Part shown: positions 1-9,938 of the stretch, in pieces | Layout of the letters: the number at the start of each line of letters is the position of its first letter | Numbering within the stretch: position 1 is the first letter of the stretch | Assembly (NCBI GenBank): GCA_963771275.1 | Contig: CAVYSW010000003.1 | Location: 64,001 to 128,000, forward strand | Direction of reading: 5' to 3' | DNA: 64,000 bases | Source: an uncultured Gemmatimonadales bacterium | Lineage (GTDB): Bacteria > Gemmatimonadota > Gemmatimonadetes > Gemmatimonadales > GWC2-71-9 | The notes under the pieces: model-generated | What the model was told of the DNA's origin: nothing | Databases searched by the model: none | Seen by the model: only the letters and a program-made list of their open reading frames with translations | Made by a program: the position numbers and the translations under genes

Positions 1-86
1 GAGGAGGGAAACGTGAGCAGTGAAAAGTGAAAAGGGGCCCGCTGGCCCCCGTTCCCGCTATACACGTTACGCTGCGCGCTGCGCGC

Positions 87-944
87 TCACATCAAGAAGC
101 TCTCCAGCGCCCGGGCCCGGCTCACGTGGCGCAGGCGGGCGAGCGCCTTCTCCTTGATCTGCCGGACGCGCTCCCGCGTGATGCCGAGCATGCCGCCGAT
201 CTCCTCGAGGGTCATCGGCTCCTGGCCGTCCAGGCCGAAGTAGAGGCGCAGGATGCGCGCCTCGCGCTCCTTCAGCGTGGACAGCACCTCCTCGATCGAC
301 TCGGTGAGGGCATGCTCGAACGTCTCGTCGTCCGGTCCCGGGTTCTGGGTGTCCGGCAGGTAGTCGAGCAGCTTGTTGTCCTCTCCCGGCGTGAGCGGCG
401 CGTCGAGCGAGAGGTGGCTCTGGGAGATCGAGAGGGTCTTGGCCACTTCCTCCTGGGAGATGTCCATTCCCTCGGCGATCTCTTCCACGGTCGGCTCCCG
501 GCCCAGCTCCTGCAGCAGGGCGGACGAGCGCTTGCCGATGCGATGCAGCGTGCCGGCGCGGTTCAGCGGCACGCGCACGATGCGGCTCTGCTCGGCAAGC
601 GCCTGGAGGATGGCCTGCCGGATCCACCACACCGCGTACGAGATGAACTTGATGCCCTTGGTCTCGTCGAACTTGTGGGCCGCGCGGATCAGCCCGAGGT
701 TGCCTTCGTTGATCAGGTCCGACAGGCTGACGCCCTGATTCTGGTATTTCTTGGCGACCGACACGACGAAGCGGAGGTTGCTGCGGACGAGCTTGTCGAG
801 CGACTCCTCGCAGCCCTGCTTGATGCGACCCGCCAGGTCGACCTCGTCCTCACGAGTGATCAGCGGATACTGACTGATCTCGCGGAGGTACTGGTCGAGC
901 GAGCCTTCGTCCGACGAGATCCTGCGAGCCGAGTTCATTCGCAT
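87..944 (-). CDS. RNA polymerase sigma factor, RpoD/SigA family (short form)
   Basis: Region 1.2 (LDQYLREI), region 2 (NLRFVVSVAKKY, DLINEGNLGL, YAVWWIRQAI) and region 4 (TLEEIG..TRERVRQI) motifs. Confidence 0.95.
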   Translation of the reverse strand: MRMNSARRISSDEGSLDQYLREISQYPLITREDEVDLAGRIKQGCEESLDKLVRSNLRFVVSVAKKYQNQGVSLSDLINEGNLGLIRAAHKFDETKGIKFISYAVWWIRQAILQALAEQSRIVRVPLNRAGTLHRIGKRSSALLQELGREPTVEEIAEGMDISQEEVAKTLSISQSHLSLDAPLTPGEDNKLLDYLPDTQNPGPDDETFEHALTESIEEVLSTLKEREARILRLYFGLDGQEPMTLEEIGGMLGITRERVRQIKEKALARLRHVSRARALESFLM

Positions 945-1157
945 ACGGTCGACACCCCTCCCCCCTGCGCCGCCCTCAGAAGTGGTCGTCCGGGAACATC
1001 ACGCAGAGGTCGGCACGACACACGACGCCGCCGTGGAAGGCGGCGGCGGCGAATTCAGCACGGAGTTGGAGCGGCGCAGCTGGCGCGCACGCGGACACCG
1101 CGTGACACCACAGCCCGTCGGCGGAAATGGGGAGCGATCCCTGCATGCCGTCTTAGG

Positions 1158-1406
1158 TTACCCACGCCCCGGAAGCGGCGCAATGGTCACCGACCACCCC
1201 CGCCCCCCGGCCCAGCGTCCCAGGGCCGCCCGAACCGCCGCCCGGGACTCGGTGTGGGCGATGGTGGCCGCCGCGCAGGCGGCCGAGGCGCTCCAGGCGA
1301 ACTCCGCGCGCACGATGCGTCCGACCGGGAGATCCGCGAGAGCGGCGAGATCGAGCCGGGCGCCACGCGCGCTCAAGATCACGGCGATCGACGTGTCCTC
1401 GGGCAT
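1158..1406 (-). CDS. hypothetical small protein
   Basis: 82-aa ORF filling the gap between co-oriented genes; no recognisable motif. Confidence 0.4.
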   Translation of the reverse strand: MPEDTSIAVILSARGARLDLAALADLPVGRIVRAEFAWSASAACAAATIAHTESRAAVRAALGRWAGGRGWSVTIAPLPGRG

Positions 1407-1488
1407 GCCGGACGCTACGCCCGGAGCGGCGCCCGACCGAGGCCGTTTCTACGCGGGGGCCACCATCCCGTTGCGCGCGTGACGCCGC

Positions 1489-2853
1489 TCAGGCCTCGGC
1501 GGCGCGCGTGAGTCCGTACTTCTCGATCTTTTTGTAGAGGTTGCTGCGGGGCATCTCCAGCCGGCGCGCGGTCTCACTCACGTTCCAGTCGTTCTCCGCG
1601 AGCTTGGCGACGAGGAACGCCTTCTCCGCCTCGAGCTTGAAGCTCTCGAAGGTCTGGCAGCCCGCGAGGTCGCCAATCGCCGAGTCCGCCGCCTCGCGCA
1701 CGATGCGACGCACGTCGGCCACCGAGACCGTATCGCCCGGCGTGAGGATGAGGAGGCGTTCCGCCGCGTTGCGCAGCTCGCGCACGTTCCCCGGCCAGTC
1801 GCGTTCCTGCAGCGCAGCCAGCGCCTCCGGGTGGAAGGTCTTGCGCGGCAACCCGTCGAGCTGGACGAGCTCGGCCACGAACCGCTCCACCAGCAGGGGG
1901 ATGTCCTCCCGCCGGGCGCGGAGCGCCGGGATCGCGATCGGCACCACGTTCAGCCGGTAGAACAGATCTTCGCGGAACCGGCCCGCCGCGATTTCGGCGC
2001 TGAGCGCCTTGTTCGTCGCGGCGATCACCCGCACATCCACGCGCACCGACTTGGCGGCGCCGATGCGCGTCACGACCCCCTCCTGCAACGCGCGCAGCAC
2101 TTTGGCCTGCGCGGCGAGGCTCATGTCGCCCACTTCGTCGAGAAACAGCGTTCCCCCGTCGGCCTGCTCGAACTTGCCGGCGTGGTCGGCGAACGCGCCG
2201 GTGAACGAGCCCTTCATGTGCCCGAACAGCTCGCTCTCGATCAGCTCGCCGGGGATCGCGGCGCAGTTCACCTCGACGAACGGCTTGTCCCGGCGGGGAG
2301 ACTGCCGGTGGAGGGCCCGCGCGACGAGCTCCTTGCCACTCCCGTTCTCGCCCTCGATCAGCACCCGCGCCGCGGTGGGGGCGACCTTCGCGACCGTCGC
2401 CAGCACCTCGCGAATCGCGCGGCTCTCTCCGACGATCGCGTAGCGGTCTTCAACGCCGGCGCGCAGGCGCCGGTTCTCGGTCTCGAGATTGAGATGCCGC
2501 AGCGCGTTCCGCAGCGTGAGCAGCACGCGGTCCGTGTCGAGCGGCTTCTCCAGAAAGTCGTAGGCGCCGAGTTGCGTGGCTTCGACCGCGGTCTGAATGG
2601 TGCCGTGGCCGGAGATCATGACCACCTGCGCCGCCGGATCGAGCTGCCGCAGCTTGGCCAGGGTGGCCAGGCCGTCCAGGCCCGCCATCTTCACGTCGAG
2701 GAACACGAGATGCGGGTGGAACTCGGGATATGCGGCCAGCGCGTCCACGCCCGAGGCGACCGTCCGGACCTCGATCTCCTCATACTCGAGCAGCTGGCGC
2801 ATCGCCTCGCGCACACCCGACTCGTCGTCCACCACCATCACGCGTCTCGGCAT
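1489..2853 (-). CDS. sigma-54-dependent response regulator (NtrC/NtrX family)
   Basis: Receiver domain, GENGSGKE Walker A, ELFGHMKGSFTGA, FREDLFYRLNV, WPGNVREL, C-terminal HTH; ATG at 2853 overlaps the upstream stop. Confidence 0.95.
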   Translation of the reverse strand: MPRRVMVVDDESGVREAMRQLLEYEEIEVRTVASGVDALAAYPEFHPHLVFLDVKMAGLDGLATLAKLRQLDPAAQVVMISGHGTIQTAVEATQLGAYDFLEKPLDTDRVLLTLRNALRHLNLETENRRLRAGVEDRYAIVGESRAIREVLATVAKVAPTAARVLIEGENGSGKELVARALHRQSPRRDKPFVEVNCAAIPGELIESELFGHMKGSFTGAFADHAGKFEQADGGTLFLDEVGDMSLAAQAKVLRALQEGVVTRIGAAKSVRVDVRVIAATNKALSAEIAAGRFREDLFYRLNVVPIAIPALRARREDIPLLVERFVAELVQLDGLPRKTFHPEALAALQERDWPGNVRELRNAAERLLILTPGDTVSVADVRRIVREAADSAIGDLAGCQTFESFKLEAEKAFLVAKLAENDWNVSETARRLEMPRSNLYKKIEKYGLTRAAEA

Positions 2854-3521
2854 CAGTGTGTCCGTCGGTAGAACGTCACGCCGTCTCCCCGGATCCGCAC
2901 GGCCCCCACGGTCTCCGGCACCGCGATCGGGATGCTCCCGTCGGTCCCCCCGGTGATCGCATTCACCAGCCGCGGCACCAGCGACGCCGGAAAGGGAAAG
3001 TCGCGCACGGCAAACTCCTCGGGTCGCCACGCGACCACGCCGGGGCGCGCCACCACCGCGCCGCCGATCATCCGCAGCGGCTCGCGCGGCGCGAGTACCC
3101 CCGCCAGCGGCCCCAGCAGCTCCCGGCCCAGGCGCTCCGTCCGCACCTGCGCCGTGAGCGTGAAGCGTTCCGGCTCGAGCACCACCGCGAGCGAGTCGAG
3201 CGACGCGCGCGCGCGCGCGTCCAGCCCGTCGGCCACCAGGGCCGCCAACTCGGCGGCGGAGAGCACCACCGAATCCGGCCCGTCACGCCGCGCCATCCGC
3301 GCCTCCGCGCGGCGCGCCGCCCGCAGGGCCGCCTCGGTCGGCACGCCGATCGAGCGGGTGGTGTCGCGCGCCGCCCCGTGCAGCACTCGCGCGACGACGG
3401 CGCGCGTCGCGCCCCCCAGCTGGCTGCGATACTGGTACGCCACGACCCCGCCCAGCACCAGCAGCGTGGCGCACCCCACCGAGGCGAGCAGGGTGCGGAC
3501 GCAGCCCCCGCCGCCGCTCAC
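2853..3521 (-). CDS. hypothetical membrane-anchored protein
   Basis: N-terminal hydrophobic helix; start/stop overlaps with both neighbours. Confidence 0.75.
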   Translation of the reverse strand: MSGGGGCVRTLLASVGCATLLVLGGVVAYQYRSQLGGATRAVVARVLHGAARDTTRSIGVPTEAALRAARRAEARMARRDGPDSVVLSAAELAALVADGLDARARASLDSLAVVLEPERFTLTAQVRTERLGRELLGPLAGVLAPREPLRMIGGAVVARPGVVAWRPEEFAVRDFPFPASLVPRLVNAITGGTDGSIPIAVPETVGAVRIRGDGVTFYRRTH

Positions 3522-4081
3522 GCCCCCTCCGCGAGCACGGCCGCATGCCGCACGGTGTAGCGCGCGCCGGCCGGGGAGAGCGCGCTCTCCATCAGGTCGA
3601 CCGACCGGACCACGATTTCCCCGTGATACACGAGCCGCGCCAGCGGTTCCGCCAGCCCTGTCACCCCGTTCCGGGCATCCCGTTTGGCGCGCCCCAGGGT
3701 GAGGTGCGGGCGGAACGGCCGGCCCTCGAGCGGGAAGCCGAGGGCCGCGAGCTCCCGCTCGACGTCATGTTGCAGAAGCTCGAGCGCCGGCACGGCTTCA
3801 CAGGCCAGCCACACGACGCGCGCATGCGACTCCGAGGGAAAGGCCCCGAACCCGCTGATGGGGAGGGTGAACGCGCGGGCGCGTCCCGCGGCGCGCTCGA
3901 CACCCGCCGCCAGCTCGCTCAGCCGATCCGCCGCCACCTCACCGAGGAACTTCAGCGTGAGGTGGACGCCCGCGGCCTCGACCCATTTCACGGGAAGACC
4001 GAGCCGGCGCACCGGCTCCGTGGCCCGCAGAATGGCGCGCCGCACGTCGTCCGGGAGGTTGAGGGCGACGAAGAGCCGCAC
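3518..4081 (-). CDS. thpR: RNA 2',3'-cyclic phosphodiesterase (2H family)
   Basis: MRLFVAL start and two HxT motifs (HLTLKFLG, PHLTLGR). Confidence 0.93.
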   Translation of the reverse strand: MRLFVALNLPDDVRRAILRATEPVRRLGLPVKWVEAAGVHLTLKFLGEVAADRLSELAAGVERAAGRARAFTLPISGFGAFPSESHARVVWLACEAVPALELLQHDVERELAALGFPLEGRPFRPHLTLGRAKRDARNGVTGLAEPLARLVYHGEIVVRSVDLMESALSPAGARYTVRHAAVLAEGA

Positions 4082-4084
4082 CCG

Positions 4085-4909
4085 TCACTCCCGCGCCGCG
4101 AGCACCACGACGGCGTCGCTGCGGTCGGCGAGCAGGCTTCCCCGCCGGTACCCTCCGAGGTCGAGCGTGATCCGGGCAAAGCCGAGTGCCAGGAGCGGCC
4201 CGGCGATCCGGTCGATGGCGCCGCGCACGACGGCGAGCTCCGACGGCTGCACCTCGATGCGCGCCTCGTCGCCGCGGTGCCGCACGCGCAGGTCGCCGGT
4301 GACCCCGAGCCCGCGCACGAGCGCTTCGGCCCGCTCCACCTGGCGCAGCCGCGCGGGTGTCACGCTGAGGCCATAGCGGATGCGGCTCGCGAGGCAGGGC
4401 GCGGCCGGCGCGGCCCAGATCGGGATGCCGAGCGCGCGCGCCTCGCGCCGAACGGCGTTCTTGTCGTAACCCGCCTCGGCGAGCGGCGCGCGGATGCCGC
4501 GCTCGTCCGCCGCACGGAGGCCCGGACGATGATCCCCGAAGTCGTCGACATTGGTGCCGTCGGCCACCGCGGCGAGCCCACGCTCCGCCGCCACCTCATG
4601 CAGCCGGGCCCACAGCTCGCGCTTGCAGAAGTAGCAGCGGTCCGGCGCGTTGGCGACGTATCCGGGCTGCTCAAGCTCGTGCGTCGCGAGCTCGAGCAAC
4701 GGCACGTCGAACTGCTCCGCCAGCTCGCGCGCGCGCCGGTGCTGCTCCTCCGCGAGGGACGGACTCACCCCGAGCACGGCGAGCATCCGCCCACGGCCCA
4801 GCACGCGCCGGGTCCGGACGGCGAGCAGCGCGGAGTCCACGCCGCCCGAGTACCCGATCAGGAGCGACGGGAACCCCGCGAGGATGCGGTCCAGCACCTC
4901 GGACGACAT
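4085..4909 (-). CDS. larE: ATP-dependent sulfur transferase LarE
   Basis: SGGVDS PP-loop, RCYFCK, DGTNxDD..RPG, PCLASRI, LRVRH. Confidence 0.9.
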   Translation of the reverse strand: MSSEVLDRILAGFPSLLIGYSGGVDSALLAVRTRRVLGRGRMLAVLGVSPSLAEEQHRRARELAEQFDVPLLELATHELEQPGYVANAPDRCYFCKRELWARLHEVAAERGLAAVADGTNVDDFGDHRPGLRAADERGIRAPLAEAGYDKNAVRREARALGIPIWAAPAAPCLASRIRYGLSVTPARLRQVERAEALVRGLGVTGDLRVRHRGDEARIEVQPSELAVVRGAIDRIAGPLLALGFARITLDLGGYRRGSLLADRSDAVVVLAARE

Positions 4910-4976
4910 GCGCAGAATATACGCACGGCGGCTGGGTGGGTCGCGCCGCGATCCCGCGCGCCGTACATTCGGGAGC

Positions 4977-7452
4977 ATGGCGCTCCTCCCAGCCGATCGC
5001 GCGCGCCGCGCTGCGCTGCTCAGCGCGGGAACCACGCTGCTGGCCCTCGGCGTGCTGGGGTTGGTGGCGGACCGCGAGTTCGCGCGGCTCGCGCGCGCGC
5101 GCCAGCGCGTGACCACCGAGTCGCAGGTCCATCCCACCCAGCAGGCCCTGGAGCAGGCCCTCGCGCGGCGCCTCGAGGTCCTGCCCGCCATGCGGGCGTT
5201 TCTCGAAGCGGGCCCGCCCGGCACCGACGTGCGGGACGACCTGGACGCGTTCGCCGACGGCCTGCACGCCAGCGATCGAGGGCGTCCGGACGCTGCAGTA
5301 CGTGCGCGGCGGCGTGATCCGCTACACATCGCGGCCCTCGGACAACCGCGGCGTGCTGGGCTACAACCTGCTCGCCGACCCGCGCCCGGAAATCCGCCGG
5401 GACGTGCTGCGCGCAATGGGGGCGCAGAGCATCGTGCTGTCCGGTCCGATCGAGCTGCTGCAGGGCGGCACCGGTCTCGTCGCGCGGCTCGCCACGTTTC
5501 GACGGACGGACCCCCGGTTCGGCCTGGTGGCGGTGGTCATGGACCTCGCGCCGCTATTCGAGGAGGCCGGGCTCGCCGACACCGCGGACGGGTTCCGCAA
5601 GGCGGTGCGCGACAGCACGGGCACGGTGCTGTTCGGGCCGCCGGACGTGTTCGCCGGCGACCCGGTCACCGTCGCGGTGACGCTGCCGGACCGCGCGTGG
5701 TACCTCGGGGCCGTGCCGTTGCGCGGCTGGGCGAGCGGCGGCGTCGCGCTGTGGGGTGGCCGCGCCGGGCTCGCGATCATCGCGCTGCTCGGTGTCCTGC
5801 TCGCCGGCTCGCTCGGCGGCCGCCAGACGCGGCTCCGCGAGGCGGTCGCCGCGCGGACCGGGGAGCTGTCGCGGGCGAACGCGGAGCTCGCGACCCGGGT
5901 CGAGGAGATCCGGGTGGCCGACCAGGCGCTGCGCGAGCAGCACATGCTCGTCCGGGCGGTGGTCGAAGGCTCGCCCGACCTCGTGCTGGTCAAGGACCTC
6001 ACGGGCGCATACGTCCTCGCCAACGATGCCGCGGCCCGGGCCATCGGACGACCGGTCCACGAGGTCATCGGCCACACCCCGGAGGAGCTGTTCCCCGCCG
6101 CCTTCGCGCAGGACGTGCAGCAGGCGGACCGCGAGGCGCTCGAGCGACGCGGTCCGGTGAGCCGCGAGCGCCGGCTCCGGATCGGCGACGAGGAACGCAC
6201 ACTCCTGCTGGTGCTGCACCCCTGGTTCGACGCGCAGGGGGCACCGGCCGGCACCGTCACCGTCGCGCGCGACCTCACCGAGCGCCTGTTGCTGGAAGCG
6301 CAGCTGCGCCACGCCCAGAAGCTCGATGCCCTCGGCCGCCTGTCGGGGGGGATCGCGCACGATTTCAACAACCTGCTCACCGCGATTCTCGCCAACGCGC
6401 ACCTGATTGCGGAGGCGATCCCGGAGACGCAAACCGAGGTGCGCGGCGACATCGGGGAGATCATGGCCGCGGCGCAGCGTGGCGCCGACCTGACCCGCAA
6501 GCTCCTCGCCTTCGGCCGCCGCGAGCTGCTCGAGCGCCGGCCGATCGACCTCACCGCGGTGCTCGCCGAGAACGCGGCGATGGTGCGGCGGTTGGTTCCC
6601 GAGCCGATCGACATCCAGCTCGACGTGCCGCACAAACCCGTGACGGTCCGCGCCGATCAGGGCGCGGTGGGACAGATCCTGCTCAACCTCGTGACCAACG
6701 CCCGCGATGCCATGCCGGGCGCCGGGCGGCTCGAGATCCGGCTGACCGAGGTCGAGCGCGACGGCCGCGGGGCGGCCCGGCTCACGGTGCGGGACACGGG
6801 CGTCGGCATGGATGAGGCGACCCGGGCGCACGTGTTCGAGCCGTTCTTCACCACCAAGCCGTCCGGGCAGGGCACCGGGCTCGGCCTGTCGATCGCCTAC
6901 GGCCTGGTGCAGCGACACGACGGCACAATCGCGATCGAGAGCGCGCCGGGCGCCGGCACGACCGTGTCCATCGAGCTGCCGCTCGCGGAGCCGGGGCCCG
7001 AGGCGGCGCCGGCGCCGCTGGCCGGGGCACCGGCCGGGCGGTCGGAGATGATCCTGATCGTCGAGGACGAGGCCGCGATCCGCAGCACGCTGGGGCGCCT
7101 GCTCGAGCGCACCGGGTACCGCGTGCTCACGGCAACGGATGGCGAGGTGGGTCTCGAGATTCTGAAGCGGCGTCCCGACGTCGCGCTCGTGATCAGCGAC
7201 GTCGTGATGCCGCGCATGGGCGGTGCCGAGCTGGCGCGGCGCGCGCGCCGGCACGGCGTGCAGGTCCCGTTCCTCTTCACCACCGGCTACCCTGGCGGAC
7301 GGACCTCGGGGGAGGCCGCCGAGCCGCTCGCGGGCCGGGTACTCACCAAGCCATGGCTGCCCGACGCGCTCCTCACTACGGTGCGCCAGCTGCTCGACGA
7401 CGCGCACCCGGGGGTCACCGCGGGCGGGAGCGAGCAGGCCCCCGAACCGTGA
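4977..7452 (+). CDS. hybrid sensor histidine kinase (CHASE-like sensor, PAS, HisKA, HATPase, REC); +1 frameshift near 5274
   Basis: N-terminal TM in the 4650 frame; remainder in ORF 5302-7452 with AHDFNNLL, FEPFFTTK..GTGLGL and a receiver domain. Confidence 0.85.
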
Positions 7453-7913
7453 CGGGAAGGGCCCGCACCCGGCGGGCGATGGCGCGCGCCGGCGTCGGCC
7501 TCACGCTGCTCGCCGCCTGCAGCCACACCGAACCGTTCACGCCGGAAACGCCGCGTCGCAGTGCCTCAGCGCCAGCTCGCCTTCGTCTGGCAGCGGGGAG
7601 CCCCGCTCAGCGTCCGGGCGTGGACGCGCCATCTGACCGTCGCGCCGATCGACTCGCCGGCCCAAGGCCGCCAGACCATACTCGCCGGTTGGGCGTCGGC
7701 TCAGCGGTACGACCGCACTACTGACAGCGCCACAACGTCAGTCAATCTCGGGGCGGCCCCGCACCATTTGTTTCAATATGCAACGAACCGTCGATGCCCC
7801 TGTCCAGCAACGACTTGTGCCGCCTTGCGCCAGAATGACCTCCGGGCCCCCTTGTCCTCGGCGATATATTCCCCCGTGAGCGCAGGCAGCCTGAAACCCT
7901 AAGTTGTTACGCC

Positions 7914-8801
7914 ATGGCCATTTACGCGCAGCCGAACTCGTGGCAATGTGGGCCGTTCGCCCTCAAGCATGGACTGATCGCACTCGGGGTCTACACCCAT
8001 GAGGACGACCTTGCGCGTATCGCGGGCAGCACCGAGAAGAACGGCACTGACGACCGCCAGCTCGCGCGGGCCGCACAGGTGCACGGATGCGCGCTCACGG
8101 TCGTGCGGCGCTCGCACGCGTGGGCCGCGCGCCAGGAGCTCGACCACTGGTTCGCCCGCGGCGTGCCAGTGCTGCTCTGCCTCGATCAGTGGGAGCACTG
8201 GGTCACCGCCGTGTCGGCCGATGCGGAGCACGTCGTCGTGTTCGACAGCCAGTTCGACAATGCGGTATTGCGCCTCGAGCGGTGGGAGCGCATCGCCGAG
8301 CGATTGGTGTTCCGCCGCCGTCGGTGGCGGGGGTTGTGGACCCAGAGGCTCTACGACCTGCATCCCCTCGTGCCGGTGCGGGACGCGGGCGCGCGGCTGC
8401 GGCTCACGGTCGAGCGGGCCCGGCGCCTGCTGGAGCTCGAGGGCGGTGTCGTGGCCGACCGGTGGGACGAGTACGCGCGACGGTTGCTGCCACTCGCGGC
8501 GGCGACCGGGCGGACCGCGCACCTCGTCCGACTCGATCGCTTCCTCGCGTCCCACGCCGACCGGATCACCGCCGAGGTGGAGCGCACGCGCGGGTTCGCG
8601 GTGCGGCATGACGCCGAGCGGGTGTTGTGGCGTCTGGCGCTGGCCGCGGAGCTGTATGATCTGCGCCTGCGCCCGCTGCTCACGCGCCGCGCCGAGGCGC
8701 GCGTCGCCGGGATCGTGAGCGGGTTCGTTCCCGCCAAGTCGACACGCGTGGGGCCGCGGCGGGCCACCGCCCCGGTGCGGGCCATCGCCGCCTCCGCGTA
8801 G
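7914..8801 (+). CDS. C39-like cysteine peptidase domain protein
   Basis: QPNSWQCGPFAL (Q..CG), WEHWV and VFDS match the papain-like C39 catalytic arrangement. Confidence 0.7.
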   Translation: MAIYAQPNSWQCGPFALKHGLIALGVYTHEDDLARIAGSTEKNGTDDRQLARAAQVHGCALTVVRRSHAWAARQELDHWFARGVPVLLCLDQWEHWVTAVSADAEHVVVFDSQFDNAVLRLERWERIAERLVFRRRRWRGLWTQRLYDLHPLVPVRDAGARLRLTVERARRLLELEGGVVADRWDEYARRLLPLAAATGRTAHLVRLDRFLASHADRITAEVERTRGFAVRHDAERVLWRLALAAELYDLRLRPLLTRRAEARVAGIVSGFVPAKSTRVGPRRATAPVRAIAASA

Positions 8802-8813
8802 CCCGGCGGCGCC

Positions 8814-9248
8814 CTAGCGCTGCTCCGTCACGTAGGCGTTGAGGTACTGGATCGTATCCTGCTGCTCCGCGATCTGGTACGCCAGGATGTCGCCGGACGT
8901 GATGATCCCGCACAGCGCACCGTGTTCGACAACCGGCAGGTGACGGATCCGCCGCCCGGTCATCAGGGCGCGGCACTCGTCGAGCGTCGTATCGGGCGCG
9001 CAGTGCGCGACCGGTGACGCCATCACCTCGCCGATCGTCGTCGTGGCGGGGTCCCGCGCCTCCGCCACCACACGGCGCATGACGTCGCGTTCAGTGAAGA
9101 TCCCGACCAACGTCGCGCCGTTCATCACGACCAGGCCGCCGATGCCGCGGTCGTTCATCAGGCGCGCCGCATTCACCACCTTCTCGATGGTGACCGTCGT
9201 GATGACCTCTCGGCCCTTGCGATCGAGGATGCTGCGGACGGTGGGCAT
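8814..9248 (-). CDS. CBS domain protein
   Basis: Tandem CBS motifs GIFTERD and RIRHLPVV..GIITSGD. Confidence 0.92.
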   Translation of the reverse strand: MPTVRSILDRKGREVITTVTIEKVVNAARLMNDRGIGGLVVMNGATLVGIFTERDVMRRVVAEARDPATTTIGEVMASPVAHCAPDTTLDECRALMTGRRIRHLPVVEHGALCGIITSGDILAYQIAEQQDTIQYLNAYVTEQR

Positions 9249-9396
9249 GGGACCGCCTTGGCTGGGGATGCTGCCAACGTACGTCGTCCCGGCCCAGCCC
9301 GCCAGCGTGCCGCGGCGGTCCGCCCGGGAGCGGTGCCCGCGGTCACGCCGACGCGGTCGTCCCCGCAGGTTTGCCGAGTCTTTCCATCGGGTTCGC

Positions 9397-9423
9397 TGTC
9401 ACACGACCGCACGGTGCCGTGTC
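9397..9423 (+). promoter_or_regulatory. candidate ECF sigma promoter
   Basis: TGTCACA-N16-TGTC upstream of AGGAGG and the 9468 start; resembles the ECF41-type TGTCACA-N16-CGTC motif. Confidence 0.35.
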
Positions 9424-9467
9424 CTTGAATCGGACACGCCGGATTCCACCCCGTACAGGAGGTCGTG

Positions 9468-9938
9468 ATGCGCACGGTTCGAACCGTTGCAGCCCTGTTG
9501 TGGTTGGCGTTGCCCGGGCTGGCGCTCGCGCAGCAACAGCAGCAGGACCAGCAGCGCCGGCAGGCGCAGCAACAGGTGCAGCAACAGCAGCAACAGCAGC
9601 AGGCGCAGGAGCAGATGCGGCAGCAGCAGCGCCAACGACTGCAGGCCATGCAGCAGCAGAGCGAGCGGCTGATGACCCAGGTCCGCGAGACCAACCAACA
9701 GATGACGCGGCAGCAGGCGCATCAGGCACTGCAGCAGATGGGGCAGCAAATGGAGCAGGCGACGGTGCGGGTGCGGGAGATGACGCGGAACATGGAGCGC
9801 CTGCAGCAGGATCCGAGCTTCGCCGACTCGCCGCAGCGGCTGCAGCAGATGGAGCGCCTCCAGGAGCGGCTGCAGAACACCATGCGCGAGATGGAGCAGC
9901 TGCACCAAGCCCTGCGCGCGATGATCGGACAGTCGTAA
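9468..9938 (+). CDS. secreted Gln/Met-rich coiled-coil protein
   Basis: Signal peptide (..LALA-Q), poly-Q tracts, AGGAGG RBS. Confidence 0.8.
   Translation: MRTVRTVAALLWLALPGLALAQQQQQDQQRRQAQQQVQQQQQQQQAQEQMRQQQRQRLQAMQQQSERLMTQVRETNQQMTRQQAHQALQQMGQQMEQATVRVREMTRNMERLQQDPSFADSPQRLQQMERLQERLQNTMREMEQLHQALRAMIGQS

Noticed and set aside
87..2853. Genome-wide reassignment of GCG from Ala to Leu
   Set aside because: GCG encodes conserved Ala positions here, e.g. YAVWW in the sigma factor and VIAATN in the bEBP. The odd tRNA therefore cannot reflect a full code change.
7479..7724. Short ORF with a lipobox-like LAAC-SHTEPF
   Set aside because: The sequence after the signal looks non-coding. It may be a remnant, but I cannot support it as a gene.
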